Below, in pieces: positions 48,086 to 56,766 of a stretch of DNA of 64,000 bases. The first letter of the stretch is position 1, and each line of letters starts with the position of its first letter. The stretch is from a virus (lineage: Duplodnaviria; Caudoviricetes), in the IMG/VR virus record IMGVR_UViG_3300028805_000091, positions 1 to 64,000 of that record. One strand, 5' to 3'. The notes under the pieces were generated by a model, which searched no databases, was not told where the DNA came from, and saw only the letters and a list, made by a program, of their open reading frames with translations. The position numbers were made by a program, and so were the translations under genes.

Positions 48086-48530
48086 GATTTACATATACAT
48101 CAAAATAATTATTAGTTTTTGTATCTACACAACTTATTTTACCTGAACAATAACATAATACTATAAAACCTATTGAAAGATTATTAGAAAGTATTTGTTC
48201 AACAGATTTAAGTATTTGTACTCCACCAGTCGTTGTATATTTAAAATCAGCCCAACGATTATAAATAAGACGTCCACTAATAAAATTTAAAACTGGATAT
48301 TCTTGTTCCCATTCATCAACTAAAAGTGTTTCAATTAAAATACCTGCTGTATTTTCTGTAATACTTTGAATTTCAAGTGAATCCCCTCTAGCAAATGGTT
48401 TATTACATACAATACGAATACATTTACCACGTAACCAAAATTCATAACTATGACGATTATCAAGTCCAGATTTAGAAGAAGCATAGTATGAGATACATCT
48501 CATAGGAAAAGAAAAATTAGATTCAGTCAT
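48072..48530 (-). CDS. Hypothetical structural-region protein
   Basis: ORF in operon. Confidence 0.65.
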   Translation of the reverse strand: MTESNFSFPMRCISYYASSKSGLDNRHSYEFWLRGKCIRIVCNKPFARGDSLEIQSITENTAGILIETLLVDEWEQEYPVLNFISGRLIYNRWADFKYTTTGGVQILKSVEQILSNNLSIGFIVLCYCSGKISCVDTKTNNYFDVYVNLEWE

Positions 48531-48536
48531 TATATA

Positions 48537-48719
48537 TTATCCTAACAATACTTGTTTTATTTTAATTTCGCCTGATTCTGTAATTGTAGCAACAAGTTTC
48601 TTAGTGGCATTTATAGCTTCTACTAATTCTTGTTCTGTTACATCTTCCAAATTAACTGTAATTTCAGATTCTACTATCTTTTTAGTAGATTCAGTCATTA
48701 TAATTTTATTAGTATCCAT
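48537..48719 (-). CDS. Hypothetical protein
   Basis: GGAG RBS. Confidence 0.6.
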   Translation of the reverse strand: MDTNKIIMTESTKKIVESEITVNLEDVTEQELVEAINATKKLVATITESGEIKIKQVLLG

Positions 48720-48734
48720 ATTAGAGTCTCCTTT

Positions 48735-49187
48735 TTATCTATTAGCAAATCTTAATTGAATTGCATTTGCATTTAATGACATTTTCTCACCCATTTTAAC
48801 AGTTTCTTCTGGTATTAATGGTAAAACAGCAATCAATTCATATTTATAAGATTCATCATATTCACTTTTTAAATATCTATAATATAATCCTATATATTTT
48901 ATAGTTTCTCCAGAATTTGTCCAATTTACTTTAGCTTTTTGCCATTCTAAAGCCTCTAAATTACGAATTACCCCATTTAAAGGGTTAGAAAACTTTACTG
49001 GATTTTCTAATATAGTAAAATATTTAGATACCGGTTCTTTTGTAAAAGTAAATGTATCAGCATCAAATTCAATTCCTAATCCAACATAAATATCAGATGT
49101 AGGAAAATCAAATGAAGGAATACCAAAATTATTATTTAATAAGGTATTAATAAAAGATGTTGATAACATAAATCTAGAATTCGACAT
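48735..49187 (-). CDS. Phage tail/baseplate-associated protein (paralog of 49382..49822)
   Basis: IYVGLG...G.I.N...W...I..IG pattern shared with its neighbour. Confidence 0.5.
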   Translation of the reverse strand: MSNSRFMLSTSFINTLLNNNFGIPSFDFPTSDIYVGLGIEFDADTFTFTKEPVSKYFTILENPVKFSNPLNGVIRNLEALEWQKAKVNWTNSGETIKYIGLYYRYLKSEYDESYKYELIAVLPLIPEETVKMGEKMSLNANAIQLRFANR

Positions 49188-49190
49188 TTA

Positions 49191-49370
49191 TTATTCACCT
49201 ACAATATAAGTTTTACCAGATGTTAAAGATATACGATAATACTCTGTATCTTCAATTTTTTCTCTGGTTTCTATATTATTTTCATTAATTTCTAATTTCT
49301 TAACAAAAACATATTCGTCTTTATTTTCAGCTGCTGAATAATTCAATTTATATACATTATATTCTGTCAT
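49191..49370 (-). CDS. Hypothetical 59-aa protein (below track cutoff)
   Basis: MTEYNVYKLNYSAAENK...YIVGE; fills the gap in the operon, with AGGA RBS. Confidence 0.55.
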   Translation of the reverse strand: MTEYNVYKLNYSAAENKDEYVFVKKLEINENNIETREKIEDTEYYRISLTSGKTYIVGE

Positions 49371-49381
49371 TTATCATATCC

Positions 49382-49822
49382 TTAGTAATCTGTTAAACTT
49401 AATTGAATAGTATTTATACCAAAAACACAAGTCTCACCTTTTAAAATTGTTTCTGCTTGAGGTAACTGTAAAACAATTAAAGGTTTATTAACTTCATAGT
49501 CTATTGAATCAAAAATACCTATCATATCAATAGTTTTTCCGTTTACCGTCCAATCTTCAGAAGCCGTATTAAATACTACTTCATTTGCATTTGAAATATA
49601 TCCGTCTACAGCTTTGCCAAAAATAATACGAGCTCTTTGATAATTACCTAATGGACGTCCATCAAATACCTCATCAAAATCTTCCATATTAGCTCTGGAA
49701 CCTTCTTGTGAAAAACCTAATCCTAAATAAATTTCATTAGATTCTAAGTTTGGCAATTTACCGCCAAAATACTCATTTAAGAGTTTATTCATAAAATCTA
49801 CTTGTAAACCATAAATTGCCAT
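49382..49822 (-). CDS. Phage tail/baseplate-associated protein
   Basis: IYLGLG...YQRARIIFG.A..G.ISNANEVVF..A..DW...I..IGIFD pattern. Confidence 0.55.
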   Translation of the reverse strand: MAIYGLQVDFMNKLLNEYFGGKLPNLESNEIYLGLGFSQEGSRANMEDFDEVFDGRPLGNYQRARIIFGKAVDGYISNANEVVFNTASEDWTVNGKTIDMIGIFDSIDYEVNKPLIVLQLPQAETILKGETCVFGINTIQLSLTDY

Positions 49823-49894
49823 TTATTTTAATACCTCATTATACTATATATTAGAATTCTACTTTTATAATAAAACGTTATTATTATTCTTCCA

Positions 49895-51040
49895 TTAACT
49901 TGTAACTGATGCTGAAATAGTTTTTGCTATTAAGGCCGCGTCTAATCTATATGGAACTAAATACTTAGGTTTAGTTATAACATCAGCATTTAACACTTCA
50001 TTATACAAATCACTACCGACATAAATAGATGTTAGCATAATTTTAGCAGGAAATGCCTCATCCTTAACTAACTCTATTTCCATATCACCATCTTCACCTA
50101 ATGGAGTAAATCCCCTTTCTACATTTAATGCAAATTCACAAATACCACCTAAGCTATTAACAGCTTTAACAGTTAAAACTAAAGCTACTTTTTCACCTTT
50201 GTCAGATACTTGTACATAAACAGGATTCCCATTATCATCAAGAATGTCATATTCTTCACCTATATTAAATCCTACACCTGGCTCTATAATATACTTAGGT
50301 CGTGTATCATAAAAAATAGGTATTTCTACTTGCTCAATAATTTCAGGAAATTCTGGCAAACGCTCATAAATTTCTGCTTTAATAGCTCTAATAGATTGTG
50401 TCCTATCAATTGGAATGTTATTAAACCAAATAGTACCTTGAGCTCTAATATCAGTTAATTTATTAAATCCATGTTCATCTACTTTATAATCAAACCAAAT
50501 AGTATTAGGACCATTTAAATCACCTGTATCATAAGTACCTTGTCTTGCTGGTACACAATTGGCAATACGAGAATATGTTTTACCACCACTAAGTTGTTTC
50601 ATTACTGTTGATAGTACAACCCATTCTCTTGCTATACGCTCATCTCTAGAATTATATTCAGTAAATACAATACGAGAATTACGCGGTAAATGCAACTTAG
50701 TTGGAATTAATACTTCTAAGCCAAAAATACCGTCCATATCTGGACCCATACCATTAGCATTTACATTTTCAAGATATTCTTTAAATAAAGGTACTACTGT
50801 TTCAGTTGTATCATTCCATTCAATATCTACAAAATTATTATATTCGTCTACATTATTTTCATTATCTTCAAAACCGATAGCTGGAACTCTTACAAGAGCT
50901 TTAATTCCATAATTACTAAAAATAGCTTCATCCCTAATTGCAGCATGGTATGAAGATAAATCCGTAATATAGGCATCTCTTAAGTTATATTGTGAAAAAG
51001 CTGTTTCTTTCAGCCTTGATTTTGCTACTCTTTTTGCCAT
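49895..51040 (-). CDS. Putative structural protein (neck/tail-completion region)
   Basis: 381-aa ORF preceded by the GTTCTA motif; function not recognised. Confidence 0.5.
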   Translation of the reverse strand: MAKRVAKSRLKETAFSQYNLRDAYITDLSSYHAAIRDEAIFSNYGIKALVRVPAIGFEDNENNVDEYNNFVDIEWNDTTETVVPLFKEYLENVNANGMGPDMDGIFGLEVLIPTKLHLPRNSRIVFTEYNSRDERIAREWVVLSTVMKQLSGGKTYSRIANCVPARQGTYDTGDLNGPNTIWFDYKVDEHGFNKLTDIRAQGTIWFNNIPIDRTQSIRAIKAEIYERLPEFPEIIEQVEIPIFYDTRPKYIIEPGVGFNIGEEYDILDDNGNPVYVQVSDKGEKVALVLTVKAVNSLGGICEFALNVERGFTPLGEDGDMEIELVKDEAFPAKIMLTSIYVGSDLYNEVLNADVITKPKYLVPYRLDAALIAKTISASVTS

Positions 51041-51116
51041 CGATTTAACCTGAAAAATTTCAATATAAACTAGAACTTAAATAAAATCGTTACATTTTTA
51101 TAACTTAACTCTTTAT

Positions 51117-51159
51117 ATAAAAAAGAAAGGACTGAACTTATTATTTTTCAATCCTTTCT
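51117..51159 (-). terminator. Rho-independent terminator after groEL
   Basis: GAAAGGATTGAA-loop-TTCAGTCCTTTC followed by a U-tract. Confidence 0.75.
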
Positions 51160-51181
51160 CACTCCTTTTTATTGTTAAAAA

Positions 51182-52834
51182 TTACATCATTGGCATTCCA
51201 CCCGGTACCATGTTTAATGATACACCTTCTTTTTCTACTGGATCAACTGTTACAACAACATCTGCTGTTAATGCAACAGAAGCAATGGAAGAAGCTGCAT
51301 AAACTGTACCAACAACTACTTTAGTAGGATCAATAATACCATCTTCTAACATATCAGCAACTTTATGAGTGGCTACATTATAACCAACATTCTTATTTGT
51401 ATCTTTTAATACATCTTTAACAATTACATCATAATGTAAACCAGCATTTTCAACAATTGTCTTAAATGGAGCTCTTAAAGCATTAGCAAAAACTTTAACA
51501 CCTGTTGCCATATCTTCATCCTCAGGTAAATCTATTAAAAGTTTATCAGCTAAACGTAATAAAGTAGTACCACCACCAGGTAAATAACCTTCTTCTAAAG
51601 CAGCTTTTACAGCCCATGTAGCATCATCTAAACGATCTTTAAGCTCTTTAATTTCTTCTTCTGAAGAACCACCTACTTGAATTAAAGCCACACCAGTAGT
51701 TAAAGCTGCAAGACGCTTATTAAGAATTTCTAATGTAGAAGAATCATTTTCTTTAGTAGCTTTAATTTCACCTTGTAAAGCTTCAACACGTGCTTTAATC
51801 TTAGCTTCATCACCATGACCACCACGAATAATAGTTTCATCTTTTTTGATAATAATTTTATCGCAAGATCCGAAACTCATCGAAGTCATAGTTTCAAACT
51901 TAATACCAAGTGGATCATCTGCTACTTCAGCTCCAAGATAAATAGCCATATCACGTAAACGATTTAATCTATTATCTCCATAAGACGGAGCTTCTACACA
52001 AGCGATTTTCATTGCACCACCTGTACGAATAATATTCATAGCAAGGGCTTGAGTAACAGAAGTATCAAAACCTTCAGCAATAATTACTAATGGCTGTTGT
52101 CTTTGTAATACATCTTGAATAATATTTGCCAAAGTTTGAAAATTTGAAATTTTAGAATTACACAATAAAATCATAGGCTTATCGAATTCTACAATCTGAT
52201 CTTCTCTATTATTTACAAAGAATTGAGAAGTCCATCCTCTATCAAACGTCATACCTTCTTTAAATTCAAGACGAATATCACGATCTTTTGTTTCTTCAAC
52301 TGTTACAACACCGTCTTTACCAACTTTAAGATAAGCATCCGCAACAACTTTACCTAACTTAGCATCACCATTTGCAGAAACTGTTGCAATATCATAAAGT
52401 TGTTGGTTATCTGTTATTTCAGTTGACCAAGCTTTTAAATCCTTTACAATAGAATTTGTAGCCTTTTCAATACCTTGACGTAATTTAGTACGATTAATTG
52501 TACTATCAGATAACTCTAATTGGCGTACTCCATTATTAACAATAGCTTGTGCAATTACTGTTGCTGTAGTGGTACCATCTCCAACAGAATCAAGTTGTTT
52601 TTGAGCAACAGCGATAGCTAAATCTGAACCAAGCTTAACTTTTTCATCTTTTGGTAAAATTTCTTTAGCTACTGAAACACCATCTTTTGTAATTAATGGA
52701 GTTTTATCTTCACGCTGAATAACTACAGTATTACCTGCATAACCAAGTGTTGTTTTAACTGCATTTGCGACAAGATTAATACCTTTTACTAAAGCATCTC
52801 TTGCTTCTTTATCAAAATGAGCTGATGTACTCAT
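51182..52834 (-). CDS. groL: Chaperonin GroEL
   Basis: ITKDGVSVAKEI, GDGTTTATV, EGMTFDRG, GVALIQVGG, PGGG, IIDPTKV, GGMPMM tail. Confidence 0.97.
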   Translation of the reverse strand: MSTSAHFDKEARDALVKGINLVANAVKTTLGYAGNTVVIQREDKTPLITKDGVSVAKEILPKDEKVKLGSDLAIAVAQKQLDSVGDGTTTATVIAQAIVNNGVRQLELSDSTINRTKLRQGIEKATNSIVKDLKAWSTEITDNQQLYDIATVSANGDAKLGKVVADAYLKVGKDGVVTVEETKDRDIRLEFKEGMTFDRGWTSQFFVNNREDQIVEFDKPMILLCNSKISNFQTLANIIQDVLQRQQPLVIIAEGFDTSVTQALAMNIIRTGGAMKIACVEAPSYGDNRLNRLRDMAIYLGAEVADDPLGIKFETMTSMSFGSCDKIIIKKDETIIRGGHGDEAKIKARVEALQGEIKATKENDSSTLEILNKRLAALTTGVALIQVGGSSEEEIKELKDRLDDATWAVKAALEEGYLPGGGTTLLRLADKLLIDLPEDEDMATGVKVFANALRAPFKTIVENAGLHYDVIVKDVLKDTNKNVGYNVATHKVADMLEDGIIDPTKVVVGTVYAASSIASVALTADVVVTVDPVEKEGVSLNMVPGGMPMM

Positions 52835-52835
52835 A

Positions 52836-53153
52836 TTATTTCCCTTCCTTATCTAAAATTTCACCTTCAACTTCTACAGCAAGTAAATCTTTAGCATCAA
52901 CACAAATAAATGTACGACCACCTAAAGTAATTTTATTGCTAGACGTCTTATAAAAAGCTACAATATCACCAGTCGCTACTGGTATAGTAACAAATGATCC
53001 TTTATCAAAATATCCTGTTGGAGCAGATATTACTTCACCATACATAATATCATCATTAATAGACTCGGGTACAAACAATTCCCCAATTTTAGTTTCCTGT
53101 TTCTTTTCTTCAACAAAAATGTTTGAACCAAGAGCTTGATAAATCTTACTCAT
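52836..53153 (-). CDS. groS: Co-chaperonin GroES
   Basis: LG..IFVE.....KIGELFVP...GEVIS...VATGDIV; adjacent to groEL; start adjusted to MSKIY. Confidence 0.9.
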   Translation of the reverse strand: MSKIYQALGSNIFVEEKKQETKIGELFVPESINDDIMYGEVISAPTGYFDKGSFVTIPVATGDIVAFYKTSSNKITLGGRTFICVDAKDLLAVEVEGEILDKEGK

Positions 53154-53373
53154 TATTATCCTCCTCATCAAAATAGTCTTGAATTGCACCTAAACCAGCA
53201 ATAACTGTATCATCATCTAAAACAAGTGAAGGTGTCTGTTTTAAATCATATTTTTCTACAAAATCTGGATTATCTTCTACATCAACTAAGTCGATTCCAG
53301 TTATATTATTATCTTGTAACCATGTTTTTAATAGCTTACACGGTATACAATTTTTACCAACTGCTAATTGCAT
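53146..53373 (-). CDS. Glutaredoxin/NrdH-like redoxin
   Basis: CIPC motif and QTPSL cis-Pro loop. Confidence 0.8.
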   Translation of the reverse strand: MQLAVGKNCIPCKLLKTWLQDNNITGIDLVDVEDNPDFVEKYDLKQTPSLVLDDDTVIAGLGAIQDYFDEEDNNE

Positions 53374-53395
53374 ACTATACCTTTCAAAAAATTAG

Positions 53396-53665
53396 TTAAA
53401 ACCAAATAATGTTCTTCATTTTAGCAAATAAATTACTAGATTTCTTTTTTTCATCAGTTTTTGCAACAGGATTCCACTTTACTGATGATTCTTTATCATT
53501 TTTATCTGTTTCTTCTACCTTATTTACCTCAACTTCAGTAGTTTCTTTTAATTTTTCACTTTCTAATACAAAAGGTTCATTAAAATCAACTGAATTTTTT
53601 TCAACTTTAGTATTTTTAGTAGTTTTTCTTTTATTTTCAGTGGTTTTTTTAGCTTGTCTTGCCAT
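53396..53665 (-). CDS. Hypothetical charged protein
   Basis: GAGG RBS. Confidence 0.55.
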   Translation of the reverse strand: MARQAKKTTENKRKTTKNTKVEKNSVDFNEPFVLESEKLKETTEVEVNKVEETDKNDKESSVKWNPVAKTDEKKKSSNLFAKMKNIIWF

Positions 53666-53710
53666 TTTATACCTCTAAATTGTTAATGTTGTTATATAGA
53701 ATGCAAATAA

Positions 53711-55210
53711 TTACATAAAAATTAATTGAAAAGTTCCATTTTCATGAATAATTGCATTACAATGCGCCCAAGTAGTCAATCCTTGTTGATTATAACATAA
53801 TTTTAATTTTGATAATGTTCCAACTATTACAGATGACCCAAAAATTTGTGGACTATGTGTATGACCACTTATAATTTTTTCAAAACCCTTATCAAATAAA
53901 CGTGGATTTCCTTTAGCTCCCGAAATACCTGCATCTCCGTGTTCAGCTAATTCAAAACCACATATTCTAAAACTACTATTTTTTGGTAATAATTGTACAT
54001 TTTTAGGTAAATATTCATCTAATATATTACCATTTTCTAAATATTTAGCAAATAACTTAGCACCAATCTTAGCATTTTTAGTATCTCTTATAAATTCACC
54101 TGTATTTAGCCATTTTTCAACAAAAGAATCATGATTACTACTAACTATTTTAAATTCTGTATTTTTATGCTTACTTGTAAATTTAGTTAATTTTTCATTT
54201 ACAGCTTTTAATTCAGCCTCTAAAGAAATTGTATATTTATTTTCATTTTGTATTTTAGTTAAATATTTATATAAGTCATGATGTGAAATACTACCCCAAG
54301 AAGCAACATCATGTATCATTGCCACTTTAGGATTAAGTCTATTAAGTAGACCAGATGTTTTATCTAAAGCCTCTTCATCCTCATCTGGTAAATGTAAATC
54401 ACCAAGTACACATCCAGGAATTTCTTTAATAGTCTTAACACCATTTTTTGTATATAATTTATCTAAATCATGTAACTCATTGTTTTCAAATATTAAATTT
54501 CTAGGAATATATCTTTTTAATTCATCTTGATATTCCAATAAAATTGCTCCAAATGTATGATACTTAGCATCTACACTACCAGGAATAGTATCTTTATAAT
54601 CAGGCATACCAATAGTACCTGTTGTATAAGCTACTCTAAAAGCATCATATTGTTTATAAGGTAATATATTAAGATATTGCTTTGGAGAACCAATTACAAC
54701 TGTTTTATAATTTGTAGTTAATTTATCTACATTCAAAAGAGGATTTTTTAAAGTAGGTGAAACTAGATAATCACGTACTAAGCATTTATCGTCTAATTCA
54801 AATTTAAATTCTGTAGCAAGATTATTTTGAAGCATTTTATAAGTTGATTCTTCTAATGGAGTATTACGTTTAATACTTTTACCCCAAAGAATAGCTAATT
54901 CTGAATTTGTCTGACTACAATAATTCTTTAATGTTAAATAAAAATCTTCATTCAATATAGCTCCATCAGCTATATAAGAAACTACAACTCTTTTTACATT
55001 TTTGTCAAATGTAATTGTTTTATTTGTACGTAAAATATTAAAAGAAATTTCATTTACAAATTTTGTCCAATTACCCCAAATATTTTCAATTAAAGAAGAA
55101 GAATAAAATGGATTTTCTTTTCTATATTCATCTCTGGATAATTTTTTATGTTTTTGTTCACATAGAGACTTAAAATAATCTACAATATCTTCCTTAGAAA
55201 CTTTAGACAT
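53711..55210 (-). CDS. Calcineurin-like metallophosphoesterase with N-terminal helical domain
   Basis: GDLH, HDV, SNHD, HGD and GHTHSP motifs. Confidence 0.8.
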   Translation of the reverse strand: MSKVSKEDIVDYFKSLCEQKHKKLSRDEYRKENPFYSSSLIENIWGNWTKFVNEISFNILRTNKTITFDKNVKRVVVSYIADGAILNEDFYLTLKNYCSQTNSELAILWGKSIKRNTPLEESTYKMLQNNLATEFKFELDDKCLVRDYLVSPTLKNPLLNVDKLTTNYKTVVIGSPKQYLNILPYKQYDAFRVAYTTGTIGMPDYKDTIPGSVDAKYHTFGAILLEYQDELKRYIPRNLIFENNELHDLDKLYTKNGVKTIKEIPGCVLGDLHLPDEDEEALDKTSGLLNRLNPKVAMIHDVASWGSISHHDLYKYLTKIQNENKYTISLEAELKAVNEKLTKFTSKHKNTEFKIVSSNHDSFVEKWLNTGEFIRDTKNAKIGAKLFAKYLENGNILDEYLPKNVQLLPKNSSFRICGFELAEHGDAGISGAKGNPRLFDKGFEKIISGHTHSPQIFGSSVIVGTLSKLKLCYNQQGLTTWAHCNAIIHENGTFQLIFM

Positions 55211-55923
55211 TAGCTATTACCCCTCTTTTTTACTTGTTTACGATTTTGCTTTATTTCTTTATTTTTTTGTTTATAAAAATCATCATATTGATCTTCAAAA
55301 GCATCTCTAATAGAAAGCTCATATTCTTTTTCATCTAATTCATTTTCAATCACAGTATCACATAAACCATATTTTAAACATTGTTGTGCACTTAAATATC
55401 CTCTTTCATCAGCTTGAAAAGTATGTAAATCATCAAGTGTCAACTTTCCTTTACAAGCTTTTAAGTAAAGATTTTCCATTTGTTCTGAATATTCAAGTGT
55501 TTGTTCACAAATCTTTTCGATTTCACTTTTCTTTGTTGTAATTGTATATATTGAACCAAAATGAATAAAATGCGTTGCAAAACGACTCATCATACGCTGA
55601 CTTCCTTGAACAGCTATTAAAGAAGCTGCTGAACCAGCTTGACCTAAAACAAAAGTAAAAATTTCAATATCATAAAGTTTAGCCATGTTAATTAAACCAA
55701 TAATAGTCATCATAACACTAACTTCACCACCAGGACTATTTATGATAAAAAAGATTTTTTTACCCATATTTTCTGGATTTAATATAAAACTTGTTAATTC
55801 ACCAATTAAAAAAGCACAATTATCACTAGTTATTTCATCTAATAAAAATACTTTTTCATTATACATATAATTCTTGTAAAGCATAGAAGGTAACATATTT
55901 TCTTGATTGGTGATACCTTGCAT
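55210..55923 (-). CDS. Second ClpP-family protein (divergent)
   Basis: INSPGGEV, AGSAAS, FIH, YLSAQQCLKYGLCD. Confidence 0.85.
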   Translation of the reverse strand: MQGITNQENMLPSMLYKNYMYNEKVFLLDEITSDNCAFLIGELTSFILNPENMGKKIFFIINSPGGEVSVMMTIIGLINMAKLYDIEIFTFVLGQAGSAASLIAVQGSQRMMSRFATHFIHFGSIYTITTKKSEIEKICEQTLEYSEQMENLYLKACKGKLTLDDLHTFQADERGYLSAQQCLKYGLCDTVIENELDEKEYELSIRDAFEDQYDDFYKQKNKEIKQNRKQVKKRGNS

Positions 55924-56070
55924 ATTGTATTTCCTCCTTTTTTATGCAAAAACAAATATATATATTATTGAACGTATAATAATACTTTGGAATCCGATAA
56001 AATATTTCCGTTATATAATAAAAATGTTCTAATTTATAAATATTTTTCAAATCGATTTAGGAAATATAAC

Positions 56071-56745
56071 ATGACTACAGAAAACACTTTAGAATCCTTA
56101 TTAAATAAGGTTTTAAAAGAACATGTAACCAACGGTTATTTTAAAGAATATATTAATTTTCAACCAGATATGTTAGATAGAACCAACTTACTTAATAAGG
56201 CTGGCCAATTTAATGTTAATGGTGAAAAAGTTGATGTTAAACAAAACGGTGATTCGTATCAATACATTTTTGGTCCTAAAATGGGCGACTATATCAAAAA
56301 GTTATATGATTCTGGTAAAGATGATACAGAAGTAGCTTTAGAATTAGGTAAAATGTATTTAGATGATAATAATGAATTACGTAATATCTTAGATTTAGCT
56401 GATAGATCTGATACCTTAGTGTTTAATACATCTGATGGTGAACCTATTGATGTAAAAGTTGGTGACGTATTTTGGACATTGGCTTATCTTAAGCGTGATC
56501 AAAGATGGAAAGAAGAACATCAAGTAAATGAGGCTTCTGAAGATCGCTGGAAAGAAATTGATTCAGAAGAAGATGATCCATATGCTGATGATGTATATTG
56601 GGCTAAAAAATATCGTGCAGCTAAACAAAATAATATGGAAGATGAAGGCGAAGAAGATTGGTTAGAAATGTGGAAAGATAGTCGAATCGAAGGTTTCGAT
56701 GATGATGAAGATATCAATCCATTAAACTATGTAAGTGGTTATTAA
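56071..56745 (+). CDS. Acidic putative internal head protein
   Basis: Start adjusted to MTTENTLES; GTTCTA motif 40 nt upstream. Confidence 0.6.
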   Translation: MTTENTLESLLNKVLKEHVTNGYFKEYINFQPDMLDRTNLLNKAGQFNVNGEKVDVKQNGDSYQYIFGPKMGDYIKKLYDSGKDDTEVALELGKMYLDDNNELRNILDLADRSDTLVFNTSDGEPIDVKVGDVFWTLAYLKRDQRWKEEHQVNEASEDRWKEIDSEEDDPYADDVYWAKKYRAAKQNNMEDEGEEDWLEMWKDSRIEGFDDDEDINPLNYVSGY

Positions 56746-56766
56746 TAGTAAAAAGAGAAGTAAACT

